DNA of 64,000 nt. Origin: a virus. Its lineage: Duplodnaviria > Heunggongvirae > Uroviricota > Caudoviricetes. This document shows positions 25,659 through 35,381 of this stretch, one piece after another (position 1 is the first letter of the stretch; each line of letters starts with the position of its first letter). The stretch lies in IMG/VR virus record IMGVR_UViG_3300042554_002914; one strand, given 5' to 3'. The position numbers and the translations under genes are program-made. The notes beneath the pieces were generated by a model. The model searched no databases. It saw nothing but the letters and a program-made list of their open reading frames with translations, and was not told the origin of the DNA.

Positions 25659-25982
25659 TTAGGACACGGAGTCCAAAGGTGGTGGTACGAGGCTGTCGGC
25701 AACTGGGGAAAGAATCGCACTAAAACCATTGCCAAATATACGTTTTGAAGGCTGCGCCCATCGTGGTTGGTTTCCTAGCCAACTATGGACGTAATAGCTG
25801 AAAGTTACGGGCCTGCCTAAAGTGTCACTGGGGCCATTGCCTGATGTGCCTAAGAAGTAAGCAGAGTAAATGTTGCTCCACCCCATGTAAGGCTTGGCTA
25901 TGATGTTGCCGTATTCACTTACTGACTCCTCCCCAATAATGTCAGCTACGGCTTTTGCCATTACTACTGTAAGTGGTACCAT
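25659..25982 (-). CDS. Hypothetical protein
   Basis: 107-aa ORF with GAGG upstream. Confidence 0.5.
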   Translation of the reverse strand: MVPLTVVMAKAVADIIGEESVSEYGNIIAKPYMGWSNIYSAYFLGTSGNGPSDTLGRPVTFSYYVHSWLGNQPRWAQPSKRIFGNGFSAILSPVADSLVPPPLDSVS

Positions 25983-26887
25983 TCTTCCTCTCTTTCGATT
26001 TCTTCAATTTTACCCCTTACCCAAGTTGATTCCGTATCCTCTGGGTCGGCATCTAGTTGGAAATTAATTGATTGGTTTAGTTTTTGAAAGCTTACTTCAA
26101 AATCCTGAAGACCTGAACTTATGTAAACATCCTTTCTATTTCTCTTGTAGATGTCAAATACGTCATCAATTTTTGAAAATTCATGGGGGCGGCATTCCGG
26201 GTGCTGCTGCCACTTTCTCATTTCGAAGAATGAAAATGGCTCATCGATTTCCCATGATTTATCTTTGCCTTCAAAAAGTCTAATAAGGGCGTCCCTCTTC
26301 CACCAATTGCTTACCCTATCGATATAATACTCCCATGCAGTTTCGTCAGTCAAGTAAGTATCACAATCTTTACGGATTGACTCAAGTTCTTTTTTACCGT
26401 CGTTTATGACATCCATGGTAGCTTCAGGGAGCACACCAAATAGGTACTCAGGGCGGCACTCATTGATGCGTTCATACACACTGGGGAACAAAACCGAGTA
26501 GCACATTAGCTTATAGTCGTCAGAATCCCCACAAATTAAATCTAAGATGGTCTCAAAGATTGATATTGACGTTGCGATTTGCTTTTCTAGGTCTGGCTCG
26601 TGCTCTTCTTCCCGGTCTGGCAGTCCTCTTTCACTTCTAAGTTCACGAATTTCACTCATCAACCCCTCAATATCAAGCTTTAGCTTTTTGTTTTCCCTAC
26701 CCATTTCTCTTTCTAGCCGTGCCTTGTAGGCTTCCACTTCGTAGAATAGGTTTGTAACTTTTTCTTTTAGATAATCAAGAGATAATGCCGTCTTATTATC
26801 TAGTTGGGTGCGAGCATTAAAGTCTTTTTCAACACTGCGAATACTGGAGAGAACGCTGGTTTTTAATTTGAGGATCGAATCGTTCAC
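25964..26887 (-). CDS. Hypothetical coiled-coil protein
   Basis: 307-aa ORF. Confidence 0.65.
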   Translation of the reverse strand: MNDSILKLKTSVLSSIRSVEKDFNARTQLDNKTALSLDYLKEKVTNLFYEVEAYKARLEREMGRENKKLKLDIEGLMSEIRELRSERGLPDREEEHEPDLEKQIATSISIFETILDLICGDSDDYKLMCYSVLFPSVYERINECRPEYLFGVLPEATMDVINDGKKELESIRKDCDTYLTDETAWEYYIDRVSNWWKRDALIRLFEGKDKSWEIDEPFSFFEMRKWQQHPECRPHEFSKIDDVFDIYKRNRKDVYISSGLQDFEVSFQKLNQSINFQLDADPEDTESTWVRGKIEEIEREEEWYHLQ

Positions 26888-26888
26888 G

Positions 26889-27458
26889 TTAAATTGGTTT
26901 GATGGTTGCTTTTAGTTTGTTTTCTGGTTCTCCGGGTTCAGTTGTATCTGATGGCCGGATTATAAAGCTGAATTTCTTTTCAGGGTCTGATAATAGGTGA
27001 AAATCACCCATAAAATGTTTGCCTTCAGAAGATAACAAAAATGAATTACCCGGTGTTGGCGGAGAACACAAGGCAATGTCACCTTCTAAATCGGGGTCAG
27101 CCTCTTCGATGGCTATTACTAATTCCCTGTAAATGGCAGAGGTCTTAGCCAGATCCTCATCAGTGGTTATTTCAGCCCTGACTTCATCCTGTACGGCCTC
27201 TAAGCGAGATTCTAGACCAGTGTCAAGCTGGATGGTGAAGATGGCTCCGTCATTTTCCGACTCAAACATGACTTCCTCAGGTTCAAATTCGCAATCTTCG
27301 GGCTCTTGATCTGTGAAATCAAACTCCAGAAGCGAGTAGAAAGCTTCTTTAAGTGTGTCACCGTCTGGGCCACCCAGATAGTTGGCTATGGCATAGAAGA
27401 TTTTGGGGTTTGCTAACAATCTGGAGACAGGGTATACAATTGACATAGTTCGGTCCAT
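26889..27458 (-). CDS. Hypothetical acidic protein
   Basis: 189-aa ORF; promoter TTTACT-N16-TATACT at 27467-27494. Confidence 0.65.
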   Translation of the reverse strand: MDRTMSIVYPVSRLLANPKIFYAIANYLGGPDGDTLKEAFYSLLEFDFTDQEPEDCEFEPEEVMFESENDGAIFTIQLDTGLESRLEAVQDEVRAEITTDEDLAKTSAIYRELVIAIEEADPDLEGDIALCSPPTPGNSFLLSSEGKHFMGDFHLLSDPEKKFSFIIRPSDTTEPGEPENKLKATIKPI

Positions 27459-27517
27459 CTACTCTTAGTATAGCAGGGAGGCCCCGTAAGTAAACCCCCC
27501 TTGTGTTTTACCCTGTT

Positions 27518-28576
27518 TCACTCTGGGTTTTCTCTAACTTGTTGGATTCTTTGCTGGGCGATGTCGAGGTACGATTCCTCCATTTCAATGCCAATAAAGT
27601 TGAATCCCTCCAGTAGGGAAGCCTTTCCAGTTGTTCCAGAGCCTAAGAATGGGTCAAGTACGGTACCACCGGGCGGCGTAATTAAGCGGCACAAGTAACG
27701 CATTAAATTTGTTGGTTTGACTGTGGGGTGATTGTTGGTTTCACCATTGAGACCTTCGTTTCTGTCTTTTTTATTAGCTTTGGCGCAGTAGAAGAACCGG
27801 GCGGCGCTGCCCCCGTTGTCGTCGTGGCCACGCACTGTGGATTCACCACCGTACACGCCATAGGCGTTTGATTTGCCCTTGCCCGTGCCACGATGAGCAG
27901 CTTTAGCCGGACCCGTCTGTGGAAACAACCCCACCACCTCGTCGCTGCCATCCGTGATCAGGTTAGCGGGCCATCTACCGGTGAGCCCATCGCCGGTCCT
28001 GGTTCCGCGTTCCATGCCATAGCTGCCATAAACCTTGTTCTCGCCGCCATAAGGGCGCCCAAGTCCGTCATTCGTCCCCACCCTGCACCCATCAATGTTG
28101 ATAGCCCCGGTGCCGTGCTCCAGCACGTTTGCGGCCACGGTGCCCTCTGAGATGGGCTTGCGGGCCATGGTGATCGGCTCTAGGGCGGGCTTTAAGGAGC
28201 CTCCCCAGCCATCACGCACAGTCTCACCGTTGCTGTCCTTGATGTAGCCCACCTTGTTGAATCCACTTCCGTAGACCCACGCAATCATATCACGAATCTC
28301 AAACCCCGCATCCTCAATCCGCACCGCCATCCGGTGCTGCGTGCGCGTGCCAGCAAATGACAGTAAATGGCCACCAGGCTTCAGCACCCGCAGGCACTCT
28401 TTCCAAATATCAACACTTGGCACATCATAGTCCCATTTTTTACCCATAAACGCCAGGCCATAGGGCGGATCAGTACAAATAGCATCGATACTATTGTCGG
28501 GCATTTCCTTTAATACATCAAGGCAATTGCCATGGTACAGTTGATAGCGGTCTTCGGAAACGTAAGGCTTAATCAT
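27518..28576 (-). CDS. DNA N6-adenine/N4-cytosine methyltransferase (beta class)
   Basis: TDPPY, HPTVKP and LDPFLGSGTT motifs. Confidence 0.93.
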   Translation of the reverse strand: MIKPYVSEDRYQLYHGNCLDVLKEMPDNSIDAICTDPPYGLAFMGKKWDYDVPSVDIWKECLRVLKPGGHLLSFAGTRTQHRMAVRIEDAGFEIRDMIAWVYGSGFNKVGYIKDSNGETVRDGWGGSLKPALEPITMARKPISEGTVAANVLEHGTGAINIDGCRVGTNDGLGRPYGGENKVYGSYGMERGTRTGDGLTGRWPANLITDGSDEVVGLFPQTGPAKAAHRGTGKGKSNAYGVYGGESTVRGHDDNGGSAARFFYCAKANKKDRNEGLNGETNNHPTVKPTNLMRYLCRLITPPGGTVLDPFLGSGTTGKASLLEGFNFIGIEMEESYLDIAQQRIQQVRENPE

Positions 28577-30633
28577 GGTAGTTTAATCTCATTTAGGTTT
28601 GCAATTTTAGCCCCTTTCGCACCGGGTTTCCCCAGCTTTACAGAAAGGTCAATTTTTGTTGGTTTTTTCTTTGTTGATACCCACTCGACGGTAAATGGTT
28701 TCTCCCCAAAATACATAAAGACGGCCCCTTCCGGCAACCATTGCTTGCCCGTGCTTGTGGTTCTACACAGGGTTTCACCATCCATGGCCATAGCCCTTAG
28801 TTGACCATCAACCATAAATACAGCCAGGTATTTGCGTCCCGAGACGTATGCTTCCGGTTTTGCAAGCACCACAGGTGAATACCCTGTGGAAATTACACCC
28901 TTAAACGAAGCAGGCACCTTCTTTAGCATTCCGTCCTCGCACACTAGGATTAGCTTGTCGGTAGACCCCATGGCCAGGCAACCCTTGGGCCCTTTAGACT
29001 GTTCAATCACACCTTTCTTCATGTCGATTTTTAAGAAACGTGGTTTTGCTATTGGGGTGGTGTCTGAGGGGGTAGTGGCCGGAGGGAGAGACCCTGCGTT
29101 GTCTACTTTGGACCGGACCCCTACGGCAACAGGAACATCAATCAAAGGGCTCCTGCGGGGGACCCCATATTGCTTGTTGATCCTAGCAAGTTCCTCCAAC
29201 ATGTATGACTTTCGGGCACTGACATTATTGGCTTTGTCCCCCACCAGGGACTCTAGCCTATTGATGTCAGCCAATAGCTCATTTTTCTCACAAGACATCA
29301 AATCAAAGTCTAGGCACGTTAATTGCCGCAACCTCATTTCTAAAATGGCATCAGCTTGTTGCTCGGTGAATTTAAGCGGTGCTGACATTAGGGACTGCTT
29401 GGCTTCAGATTTGCCATTTGCGGCACGAATGCGCTTAATGACTAGGTCCATACGGTCAATAGCCTTTAGGAGACCATCAACGATGTGTAATCTTTTGTTT
29501 TTTGCCTCCAGTTCATGTTCAAATTTAACATCAAGCCGATCCAATCTCCATTGGACCCATCGTTGGATGATTTGTACCGGTGATAACTCAACGGGCTTAA
29601 ACCCATCGATAACCAAGGTTTTAGCTGAGTATTTGCAATCAAGGTCTGTATATGTGTATAGCAACTGCTTTACCAAATTAATATCAGCACCAGGTTTGAG
29701 GACCACCACCAGCCTATCCCCACTAATATCACTTTCATCTGTGATTTCGGCGATCCCTTCAATACGTCCTTTTTCTAACTCACTCTTGATCTGCTCACCA
29801 AGTTTCTCTGGATTGGTGCCAGGTGGCAAACAAGTGAAAGTCAAGGTGGATCGATCCCTGGCTTTTCCGCCCCTTTTCTGAATACCAGTCTCAACACAAG
29901 CCACGCAGCGTATTCCCCCGATTCCAGTACGGGTATAAGCATCTAGTTGCTCGTCTTGGACGATTTGGGTGCCAGTTGGGAAATCGGGAATTAGAGATAG
30001 GCTGGCTTTTTTTATATTATCAAGGTGGGCCTTTTCGGTAGGGGCATCCTTGCAAATTAACTTAATGGCTTCTACGATGGAGCGTAGACTGTGGGGAGCC
30101 AAACGGGTAGCAAAACCCACGGCAATTCCTGAGTCACCGTTTAGCAAAACGGTTGGCAAAGAAGTATTAAACCTGATGGCCTCCCGCTTACTGCCATCAT
30201 AGTTTGATTTAGTTTCCCACACTTCCCGGTCTTGTAAAAGAAGTTCCACTGCGGAAATTCGTAGTCTATTTTCTAGGTACCTTTCTGCTGAGGGGGAGTC
30301 AACTGTGCTTCCAATATTTCCATGACAATCAATCCAAGGGACATTATTGTTCCAAGGAGTAGCCATGTTAATGAGGGCCCCGTATGCAGAGCCATGGGGA
30401 TGGTAATAGGCACTAGTTAGGCCCGTAGTTCGGGCACACTTTACATACGGTTTATTCGGAAGCAATCCCTCTTCAATCATTGTCTGAAGGATGCGTCTTT
30501 GAACTGGCTTTAGCCCATCGCAAATGTCCGGTATCGATCTCCCGATAAGCACGGCCATACTATAGCTCAAATAGTCTTCCTTGAGCTGATCGACGAGATT
30601 GACTTCTGTGATTTTTGGCCTAGTTTTAGTCAT
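28573..30633 (-). CDS. gyrA: Type IIA topoisomerase subunit A (GyrA/ParC-like)
   Basis: DGLKPVQRRIL, YHPHG, ERY catalytic Tyr, LLNG.SGIAVG.AT, PDFPTG, QADAILEMRL. Confidence 0.88.
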   Translation of the reverse strand: MTKTRPKITEVNLVDQLKEDYLSYSMAVLIGRSIPDICDGLKPVQRRILQTMIEEGLLPNKPYVKCARTTGLTSAYYHPHGSAYGALINMATPWNNNVPWIDCHGNIGSTVDSPSAERYLENRLRISAVELLLQDREVWETKSNYDGSKREAIRFNTSLPTVLLNGDSGIAVGFATRLAPHSLRSIVEAIKLICKDAPTEKAHLDNIKKASLSLIPDFPTGTQIVQDEQLDAYTRTGIGGIRCVACVETGIQKRGGKARDRSTLTFTCLPPGTNPEKLGEQIKSELEKGRIEGIAEITDESDISGDRLVVVLKPGADINLVKQLLYTYTDLDCKYSAKTLVIDGFKPVELSPVQIIQRWVQWRLDRLDVKFEHELEAKNKRLHIVDGLLKAIDRMDLVIKRIRAANGKSEAKQSLMSAPLKFTEQQADAILEMRLRQLTCLDFDLMSCEKNELLADINRLESLVGDKANNVSARKSYMLEELARINKQYGVPRRSPLIDVPVAVGVRSKVDNAGSLPPATTPSDTTPIAKPRFLKIDMKKGVIEQSKGPKGCLAMGSTDKLILVCEDGMLKKVPASFKGVISTGYSPVVLAKPEAYVSGRKYLAVFMVDGQLRAMAMDGETLCRTTSTGKQWLPEGAVFMYFGEKPFTVEWVSTKKKPTKIDLSVKLGKPGAKGAKIANLNEIKLP

Positions 30634-31429
30634 TAGTAATTTCTTCCCTTAGCGAGGGATCAATGCCCCTAGCAGTTTGATATCGAGTGAGGCCGCCAGG
30701 TGTTGATATTTTTCCCGTTACTAAGCAGCGTACGCGCCTAGAATTAGTTTTTTTAGCCATATCGGAAAAATGCAGGGGATTCTTGGCCAATGTCACACGC
30801 GCTGATCGCCTAGCATGATTGCTAAAAAACTCAGGGTCTTTGCTTAGTTTAGTTTGATTAGCTTTTTCATATGCTTGTTTCCTCTTTTCTGGAGTCATGG
30901 CCTTTTTCATCGCCAAATACCTACTTTCTTTTTCTTCAGGGGATAACTTGGCCATCGCCGCTCGACCCCCTGCTTGTTTCTGCTCCCGGGTTTGACTAAG
31001 TGCCCCCTTTCTAGAAAACTCTGCTTTTTCTTCAGGGGATAACTTGGCCATCGCCGCTCGACCCCCTGCTTGTTTATGCTCCCGGGTTTCTTCTCTGGGG
31101 AGACCTTTCCATCTAATTATTCCGGGAATGGCTTTAACCCCCATCCACTTTCGCCAAAGAGATAAAATCTCCGCCTCAAGGTAAGATTTCTCCCAGCCCC
31201 AAATACAAGGGTGGTTACACTCCTCTGACTGCAAAACACCTTGAATAGCGTGGTGCTCTTTGAGCAGAAGAACGGTATTACTTCCCCCTAGGCATTTTGG
31301 GACAGGGTAATGACAAGACTCCCAATCCCCGTGGCAAGGATTACCAGGTTCCAGCCGGTTGTCAAAGTAATAGTCTTCGCACCACCTTACAAATTGCTCC
31401 TGAGTCGGCATCATTTTAGCATTAGTCAA
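30626..31429 (-). CDS. Free-standing HNH-like endonuclease with basic repeats
   Basis: HYPVPKCLGGSNTVLLLKEHHAIQG; duplicated KQAGGRAAMAKLSPEEK. Confidence 0.6.
   Translation of the reverse strand: MTNAKMMPTQEQFVRWCEDYYFDNRLEPGNPCHGDWESCHYPVPKCLGGSNTVLLLKEHHAIQGVLQSEECNHPCIWGWEKSYLEAEILSLWRKWMGVKAIPGIIRWKGLPREETREHKQAGGRAAMAKLSPEEKAEFSRKGALSQTREQKQAGGRAAMAKLSPEEKESRYLAMKKAMTPEKRKQAYEKANQTKLSKDPEFFSNHARRSARVTLAKNPLHFSDMAKKTNSRRVRCLVTGKISTPGGLTRYQTARGIDPSLREEITND
30928..31089. repeat. 66-bp intragenic direct repeat (30928-30993, 31024-31089)
   Basis: One mismatch, 96-bp period. Confidence 0.85.
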
Positions 31430-32016
31430 GGTAAAAAATCCAGATAGTCAAGGATCGTTTCCTTGGCTTCCGATGCTTTTACCCGAACAGGAGTAAAACT
31501 TTTGCCGTACTCAGTTGAAAACGAATTAAGATACTCCTCAAGGTGCCCATCCAAACGTAAAGCGTCTTCTTCAGATTCATATCTGCCTTGGGGGTCATAC
31601 GGGAAATCCCTACTAAGAAGAAAATTCAAATGCACCACACCGTCATTAGTAGAGTGGTTTACAAACCCCTTGGCCGCCTCATCGACGTAACTGGATATCA
31701 CACCGTGATAATAGGTGGCATAAAACCCGGCAAGCAATACCGGGGAGTCAGTGACAATGTACCTCACGGTGCCATACAGGAAAGACTCATAATGGGATTG
31801 TTTACCTAGTAGGTACAATTGGTCGTACTTCCCGATTTTCCTCTTTGTGTAAGCCCAGTGTTTGACATATTCGCGAACAAGTTCTGCGCTTTCGCCTTGT
31901 TTCTTGAGTTCGCTGTAAATGTCGGGCGCAGCAGTGGATTTACCCGTACCTGGGCCACCAAATAGATTAATTACGGTAGTTTGCATGGCGAATGTGGTTT
32001 GTGAAGATGGTGTCAA
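31426..32016 (-). CDS. P-loop kinase/ATPase (NadR/AAA_28-like); probable start ATG 31986
   Basis: INLFGGPGTGKS, ELVREYVK, IVTDSP. Confidence 0.8.
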   Translation of the reverse strand: MTPSSQTTFAMQTTVINLFGGPGTGKSTAAPDIYSELKKQGESAELVREYVKHWAYTKRKIGKYDQLYLLGKQSHYESFLYGTVRYIVTDSPVLLAGFYATYYHGVISSYVDEAAKGFVNHSTNDGVVHLNFLLSRDFPYDPQGRYESEEDALRLDGHLEEYLNSFSTEYGKSFTPVRVKASEAKETILDYLDFLP

Positions 32017-32024
32017 TCATGGAT

Positions 32025-32052
32025 ATTGTATCGTTTGGCGCCCCAAAGTCAA
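32025..32052 (-). promoter_or_regulatory. Sigma70-type promoter
   Basis: TTGACT-N16-TACAAT, intergenic. Confidence 0.55.
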
Positions 32053-32083
32053 TGGCTGTAGGTATGGATGTGGCTAGGGGGGG

Positions 32084-32281
32084 TTATTGTCGGCATGCGC
32101 CTACTTCCCTCAGGCAATCAGGACATTGCCACCCGGTAATCTTACCATTTTCTAAAACTCCTATCAACCGCGAATGAAAAGCCCCTGGCTCGCATGTGTG
32201 AGGCAAAAGCATTTCGCTTGCTATGAGATTTGTGCAACAATGGGGGCATTGCTTGCAGTGTAGAATGGTGGGATATGGCAT
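32084..32281 (-). CDS. Small Zn-ribbon protein
   Basis: CPHC...SRLIGV...WQCPDC. Confidence 0.55.
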   Translation of the reverse strand: MPYPTILHCKQCPHCCTNLIASEMLLPHTCEPGAFHSRLIGVLENGKITGWQCPDCLREVGACRQ

Positions 32282-32352
32282 TAGGGTTATTAGTGTAGAA
32301 TAGTGGGGGCTAGTATGGGCTAGTATGGGCTATTTAGACCAACCCCTCAGCA

Positions 32353-32988
32353 TCAAACATCGATGTCAACGTATTCTAATTCACCTAGGCTAATAATCTC
32401 GACGCCGTTGTAAATTTTACGCGAAGACAGATGCCAATGGCCATGCACCCATAGGTCCGGCTTATGAATTTCAAGCATATTGTCGAAACACCTTCGGGTT
32501 ACAGACGGGATATCATACTTATGTATTCCTTTTTCATGGCAAATACGGGTTATGACCGAATCCGGGCACTCATGGGTGACGACGATTTTTGGTTTTATCA
32601 ACTCATAAGCATCCATTATATTGGACAATTCACCATAGGACAATTCCTCATCGTGCCACCAGTCGTAGTTTTCGGTCCGCCGATCTCTGTCAATGGAAAA
32701 AGCCCCGCCAACACAAAATATATCGTCGCGGCCAAAGGCAGACCCACCGTCTTTGATCCAGAAGGGGTGTCTCTTGCAAGCTCCGGGACTATCGTGGTTT
32801 CCACGAATGAAGAAGTGCTCCCCCTTGGCCATGTGGTCGTAGGGCGGGTTGCTATAGGGTTTGTTGGTACGAGGGTTGATGAATCCGACTCCAAAATCCC
32901 CAACTTGCAAGGAACGGTTGCACCCTTTAATGATGTCCTGAAATTTACTCCATTTCGCGTGGACATCTCCAATGAATCTAATTTGCAT
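32353..32988 (-). CDS. Calcineurin-like metallophosphoesterase
   Basis: GDVH, VGDFG, RGNHD, THECP, HGHWH. Confidence 0.9.
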   Translation of the reverse strand: MQIRFIGDVHAKWSKFQDIIKGCNRSLQVGDFGVGFINPRTNKPYSNPPYDHMAKGEHFFIRGNHDSPGACKRHPFWIKDGGSAFGRDDIFCVGGAFSIDRDRRTENYDWWHDEELSYGELSNIMDAYELIKPKIVVTHECPDSVITRICHEKGIHKYDIPSVTRRCFDNMLEIHKPDLWVHGHWHLSSRKIYNGVEIISLGELEYVDIDV

Positions 32989-33223
32989 TTTGTTTTTTGG
33001 CGATTTTGTTAAATTGCTTCACGATAGACTCAGCTTGTGCGGGGCTGTCTACTTCACAGAGAACAATGTAGATACCCGCGAATAGGGACCTGGCTATCCC
33101 TGAGCCTTGGGTAGTATAGGTTGCTGTGCCGACTGTGAGTAAGCGGCAAAGAATAGGGCTAAGAATGGGGATTTGTGGTACTATCATAGTTTTTGTAGGT
33201 GGGTAGGGTTGCCCCCAAATCAA
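32978..33223 (-). CDS. Hypothetical protein
   Basis: Overlapping operon arrangement. Confidence 0.45.
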   Translation of the reverse strand: MIWGQPYPPTKTMIVPQIPILSPILCRLLTVGTATYTTQGSGIARSLFAGIYIVLCEVDSPAQAESIVKQFNKIAKKQNAN

Positions 33224-33540
33224 ACGGACTCATAAGATACGACAGTTTTTTCTTTCATCTTGAAGAAGACATAAGAGTTACCACAATCTGACCAAGACAT
33301 TTCTTCACTGAAAACATCACAAACTCCCCGGATGCCAAGTAGACCACCCTGCACCTGAATAACAGAAGTTGAAAGGGCATACCATCTGTGCCTATCGTAG
33401 TCCAGGTTATCCTCCAAAATGGTGAACCCATCACTGAAGTACTCTTCATAGAGATCATATGGTAAGTCATCTTCCCAACAACCCGCTTGGTTTAGGTTTA
33501 GCGATTGGAGTTTGTCAAGCATTTCGTCAAATTTGTTCAT
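33220..33540 (-). CDS. Hypothetical acidic protein
   Basis: 106 aa, DRHRWY motif. Confidence 0.6.
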   Translation of the reverse strand: MNKFDEMLDKLQSLNLNQAGCWEDDLPYDLYEEYFSDGFTILEDNLDYDRHRWYALSTSVIQVQGGLLGIRGVCDVFSEEMSWSDCGNSYVFFKMKEKTVVSYESV

Positions 33541-33610
33541 TTTAGGTTGGGTTTGGTTTGGATTGAGGTAATTCTCAAGGTTGTCTCCAGAAGCTTGTAT
33601 TTATAATAGG

Positions 33611-34723
33611 TTACCCCAAGACGTTCAAATCGGGATACAAACTCAAAAGCTCCTCCTTCGAAAGAACATCATACTCATCTTCCGGTTGCCAGATAATCTC
33701 AAGGGCGACTAGGTCATCAGGTGTGATAGATCCTAGGGCTACCAGATTTGACTTTAGGCCCTCATGTGAGTCAGATGGCCTTAGGTTAAGATCCCCGTTC
33801 GTAACTACCAGGACATTCACAAGGATGTATTCGTTGTCTTGGGTTTTTTCGTGAGCCTTTTCCTTACTCTTTGAGAGACGACCGTCAACGTTCGTCAAAG
33901 TTTCTTCCGACGCTCGGGAACGCTCTTCCATGGAGAACTGGTTAAAGAGATCTTCCGCATTGTCAATGGACTCCCTGTTCTTATCACTCCAAGCGTAGAT
34001 GACCTTATCAGGGTGCCGGAGAAGAGCAAGGGTTGTTTCTTGTAGGATCTTGGCAAGGCCGTATGAACTGTCGGTATCTCCTTGTTCGGCCATCCGAATT
34101 AGGTCAGATTGAATGTCTTTGGCTGACGCAAGTAGGGCCACTCGTTGACGCACTACTGTGAGTTTCTTATACTTTTCCTTTTGGGTGCTTAACCACGGGC
34201 CTACAAAGTCTTCCCACCCTCCGCACAAAAGAATGCCTGCAATAATTACCACACCCATTGAAGCAAGCAGAGTCAAAAGAACCACCGGATTGGCAGGTTG
34301 TTGACTGACTGTGGTCACCCGCGAAGGCAAGGAGTATGGGATAGCCGGTGCAACATTTGGAGTCAAGTCAGGCATGACGATGATGTTAGTGCTCGAATGA
34401 CTTGGGGGGTTGTAAGAGGGTCTGGGGACAGGTGAAGGAGTGTATGTTCTCGGTGCAGAGTAACTATGGCTGGGACGGCTGATACTTGGGGAGCTGGGGC
34501 GACTATAGCTAGGGGAAGGGCTACGACGGCTGTAGCTCGGGGTGCTAGGACGACTATAGCTCGGCCTACTATAGCTCGGGGAGCTTGAGCGGCTGCGAAA
34601 GCTACTACCGCCGATGCGACCAGCAGATGCAGCAAAAGCGGGGGACGCCGTCAATAGCATCGCAACCGTGAGCGTCAGAATTATTGTCTTGAGTGATTTG
34701 GTGTTCATGGGTTTCATTTTCAT
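33611..34723 (-). CDS. DUF1517 / FLAP1-like membrane protein
   Basis: Signal peptide, GRIGGSSF, one TM helix, VALLASA..IQ.DL, LQETTLALLRHP, FNQFSMEERS, EIIWQP...LSKEELLSLYPDL. Confidence 0.85.
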   Translation of the reverse strand: MKMKPMNTKSLKTIILTLTVAMLLTASPAFAASAGRIGGSSFRSRSSSPSYSRPSYSRPSTPSYSRRSPSPSYSRPSSPSISRPSHSYSAPRTYTPSPVPRPSYNPPSHSSTNIIVMPDLTPNVAPAIPYSLPSRVTTVSQQPANPVVLLTLLASMGVVIIAGILLCGGWEDFVGPWLSTQKEKYKKLTVVRQRVALLASAKDIQSDLIRMAEQGDTDSSYGLAKILQETTLALLRHPDKVIYAWSDKNRESIDNAEDLFNQFSMEERSRASEETLTNVDGRLSKSKEKAHEKTQDNEYILVNVLVVTNGDLNLRPSDSHEGLKSNLVALGSITPDDLVALEIIWQPEDEYDVLSKEELLSLYPDLNVLG

Positions 34724-34729
34724 GTACTA

Positions 34730-34758
34730 ATGGTAACGGTTCTGCAACGCAGAAACAA
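34730..34758 (-). promoter_or_regulatory. Candidate promoter giving leaderless DUF1517 mRNA
   Basis: TTGTTT-N17-TACCAT, 6 nt before the ATG. Confidence 0.4.
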
Positions 34759-34817
34759 GGGGAGAAGCCGAAGGCTTCCGTTCGGTTAACCGACCTTGGG
34801 TTTCATCAATCACGGCA

Positions 34818-35270
34818 TTAATCACTTCCACAATCAAAGCCGCCAAAGTCGTGACCACCGCAATCATGACCCCCGTAGTCATGGCTGCTTCCATAGTCAT
34901 GGCACCCGGAGTTATAACTGCTGTGGCTACTATAACTAATGAAAGTATCATCGTCTACGTCTCTTGAGTAACGTTCAGTTGTAGCCCTTCTTCTTGTTTG
35001 TGATTTATTTCCTATCTCGGATCTCGGGCCACCTGCTTGGTGTTTAGATATGAAATTGACAGCGGCTTCTTCGCCGAACGAGGTACGAATGCGACTAAGG
35101 AGTATTGGATCTATAGGACCTTTGAAACCTTGATACAGGGCTGAGGGTTCAGGTTTCTCGGCAGTATCCTCTTTGCGTTTGACTTTGGGGGCTTTTTGAG
35201 TTAAGCTCATGCTTGCGGTTAATGCCGTAGTGATTAGGAGAATGGCTATGACTGGTAAAAGAAAGGTCAT
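34818..35270 (-). CDS. Hypothetical membrane-anchored protein with Gly/Asp-rich tail
   Basis: N-terminal hydrophobic helix; HDYGG/HDCGG/HDFGG repeats. Confidence 0.6.
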   Translation of the reverse strand: MTFLLPVIAILLITTALTASMSLTQKAPKVKRKEDTAEKPEPSALYQGFKGPIDPILLSRIRTSFGEEAAVNFISKHQAGGPRSEIGNKSQTRRRATTERYSRDVDDDTFISYSSHSSYNSGCHDYGSSHDYGGHDCGGHDFGGFDCGSD

Positions 35271-35309
35271 TTGTGGGTTGGTTGTAGAGGGTGGTGTGGG
35301 CCGGGTATC

Positions 35310-35361
35310 GCCTGCGGCGCCCGTCCCTGGTCGGGGGCTTACGCCCCCTCCCGAAATTTTT
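35310..35361. repeat. Dispersed ~52-bp double-hairpin element, copy 1
   Basis: Identical but for a 1-nt loop indel to 42652-42702. Confidence 0.85.
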
Positions 35362-35381
35362 AGGGGGCTGTCATTAGATGG

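Noticed and set aside
28832-29881. 349-aa plus-strand ORF
   Set aside because: Antisense shadow of the topoisomerase gene, no recognisable motifs
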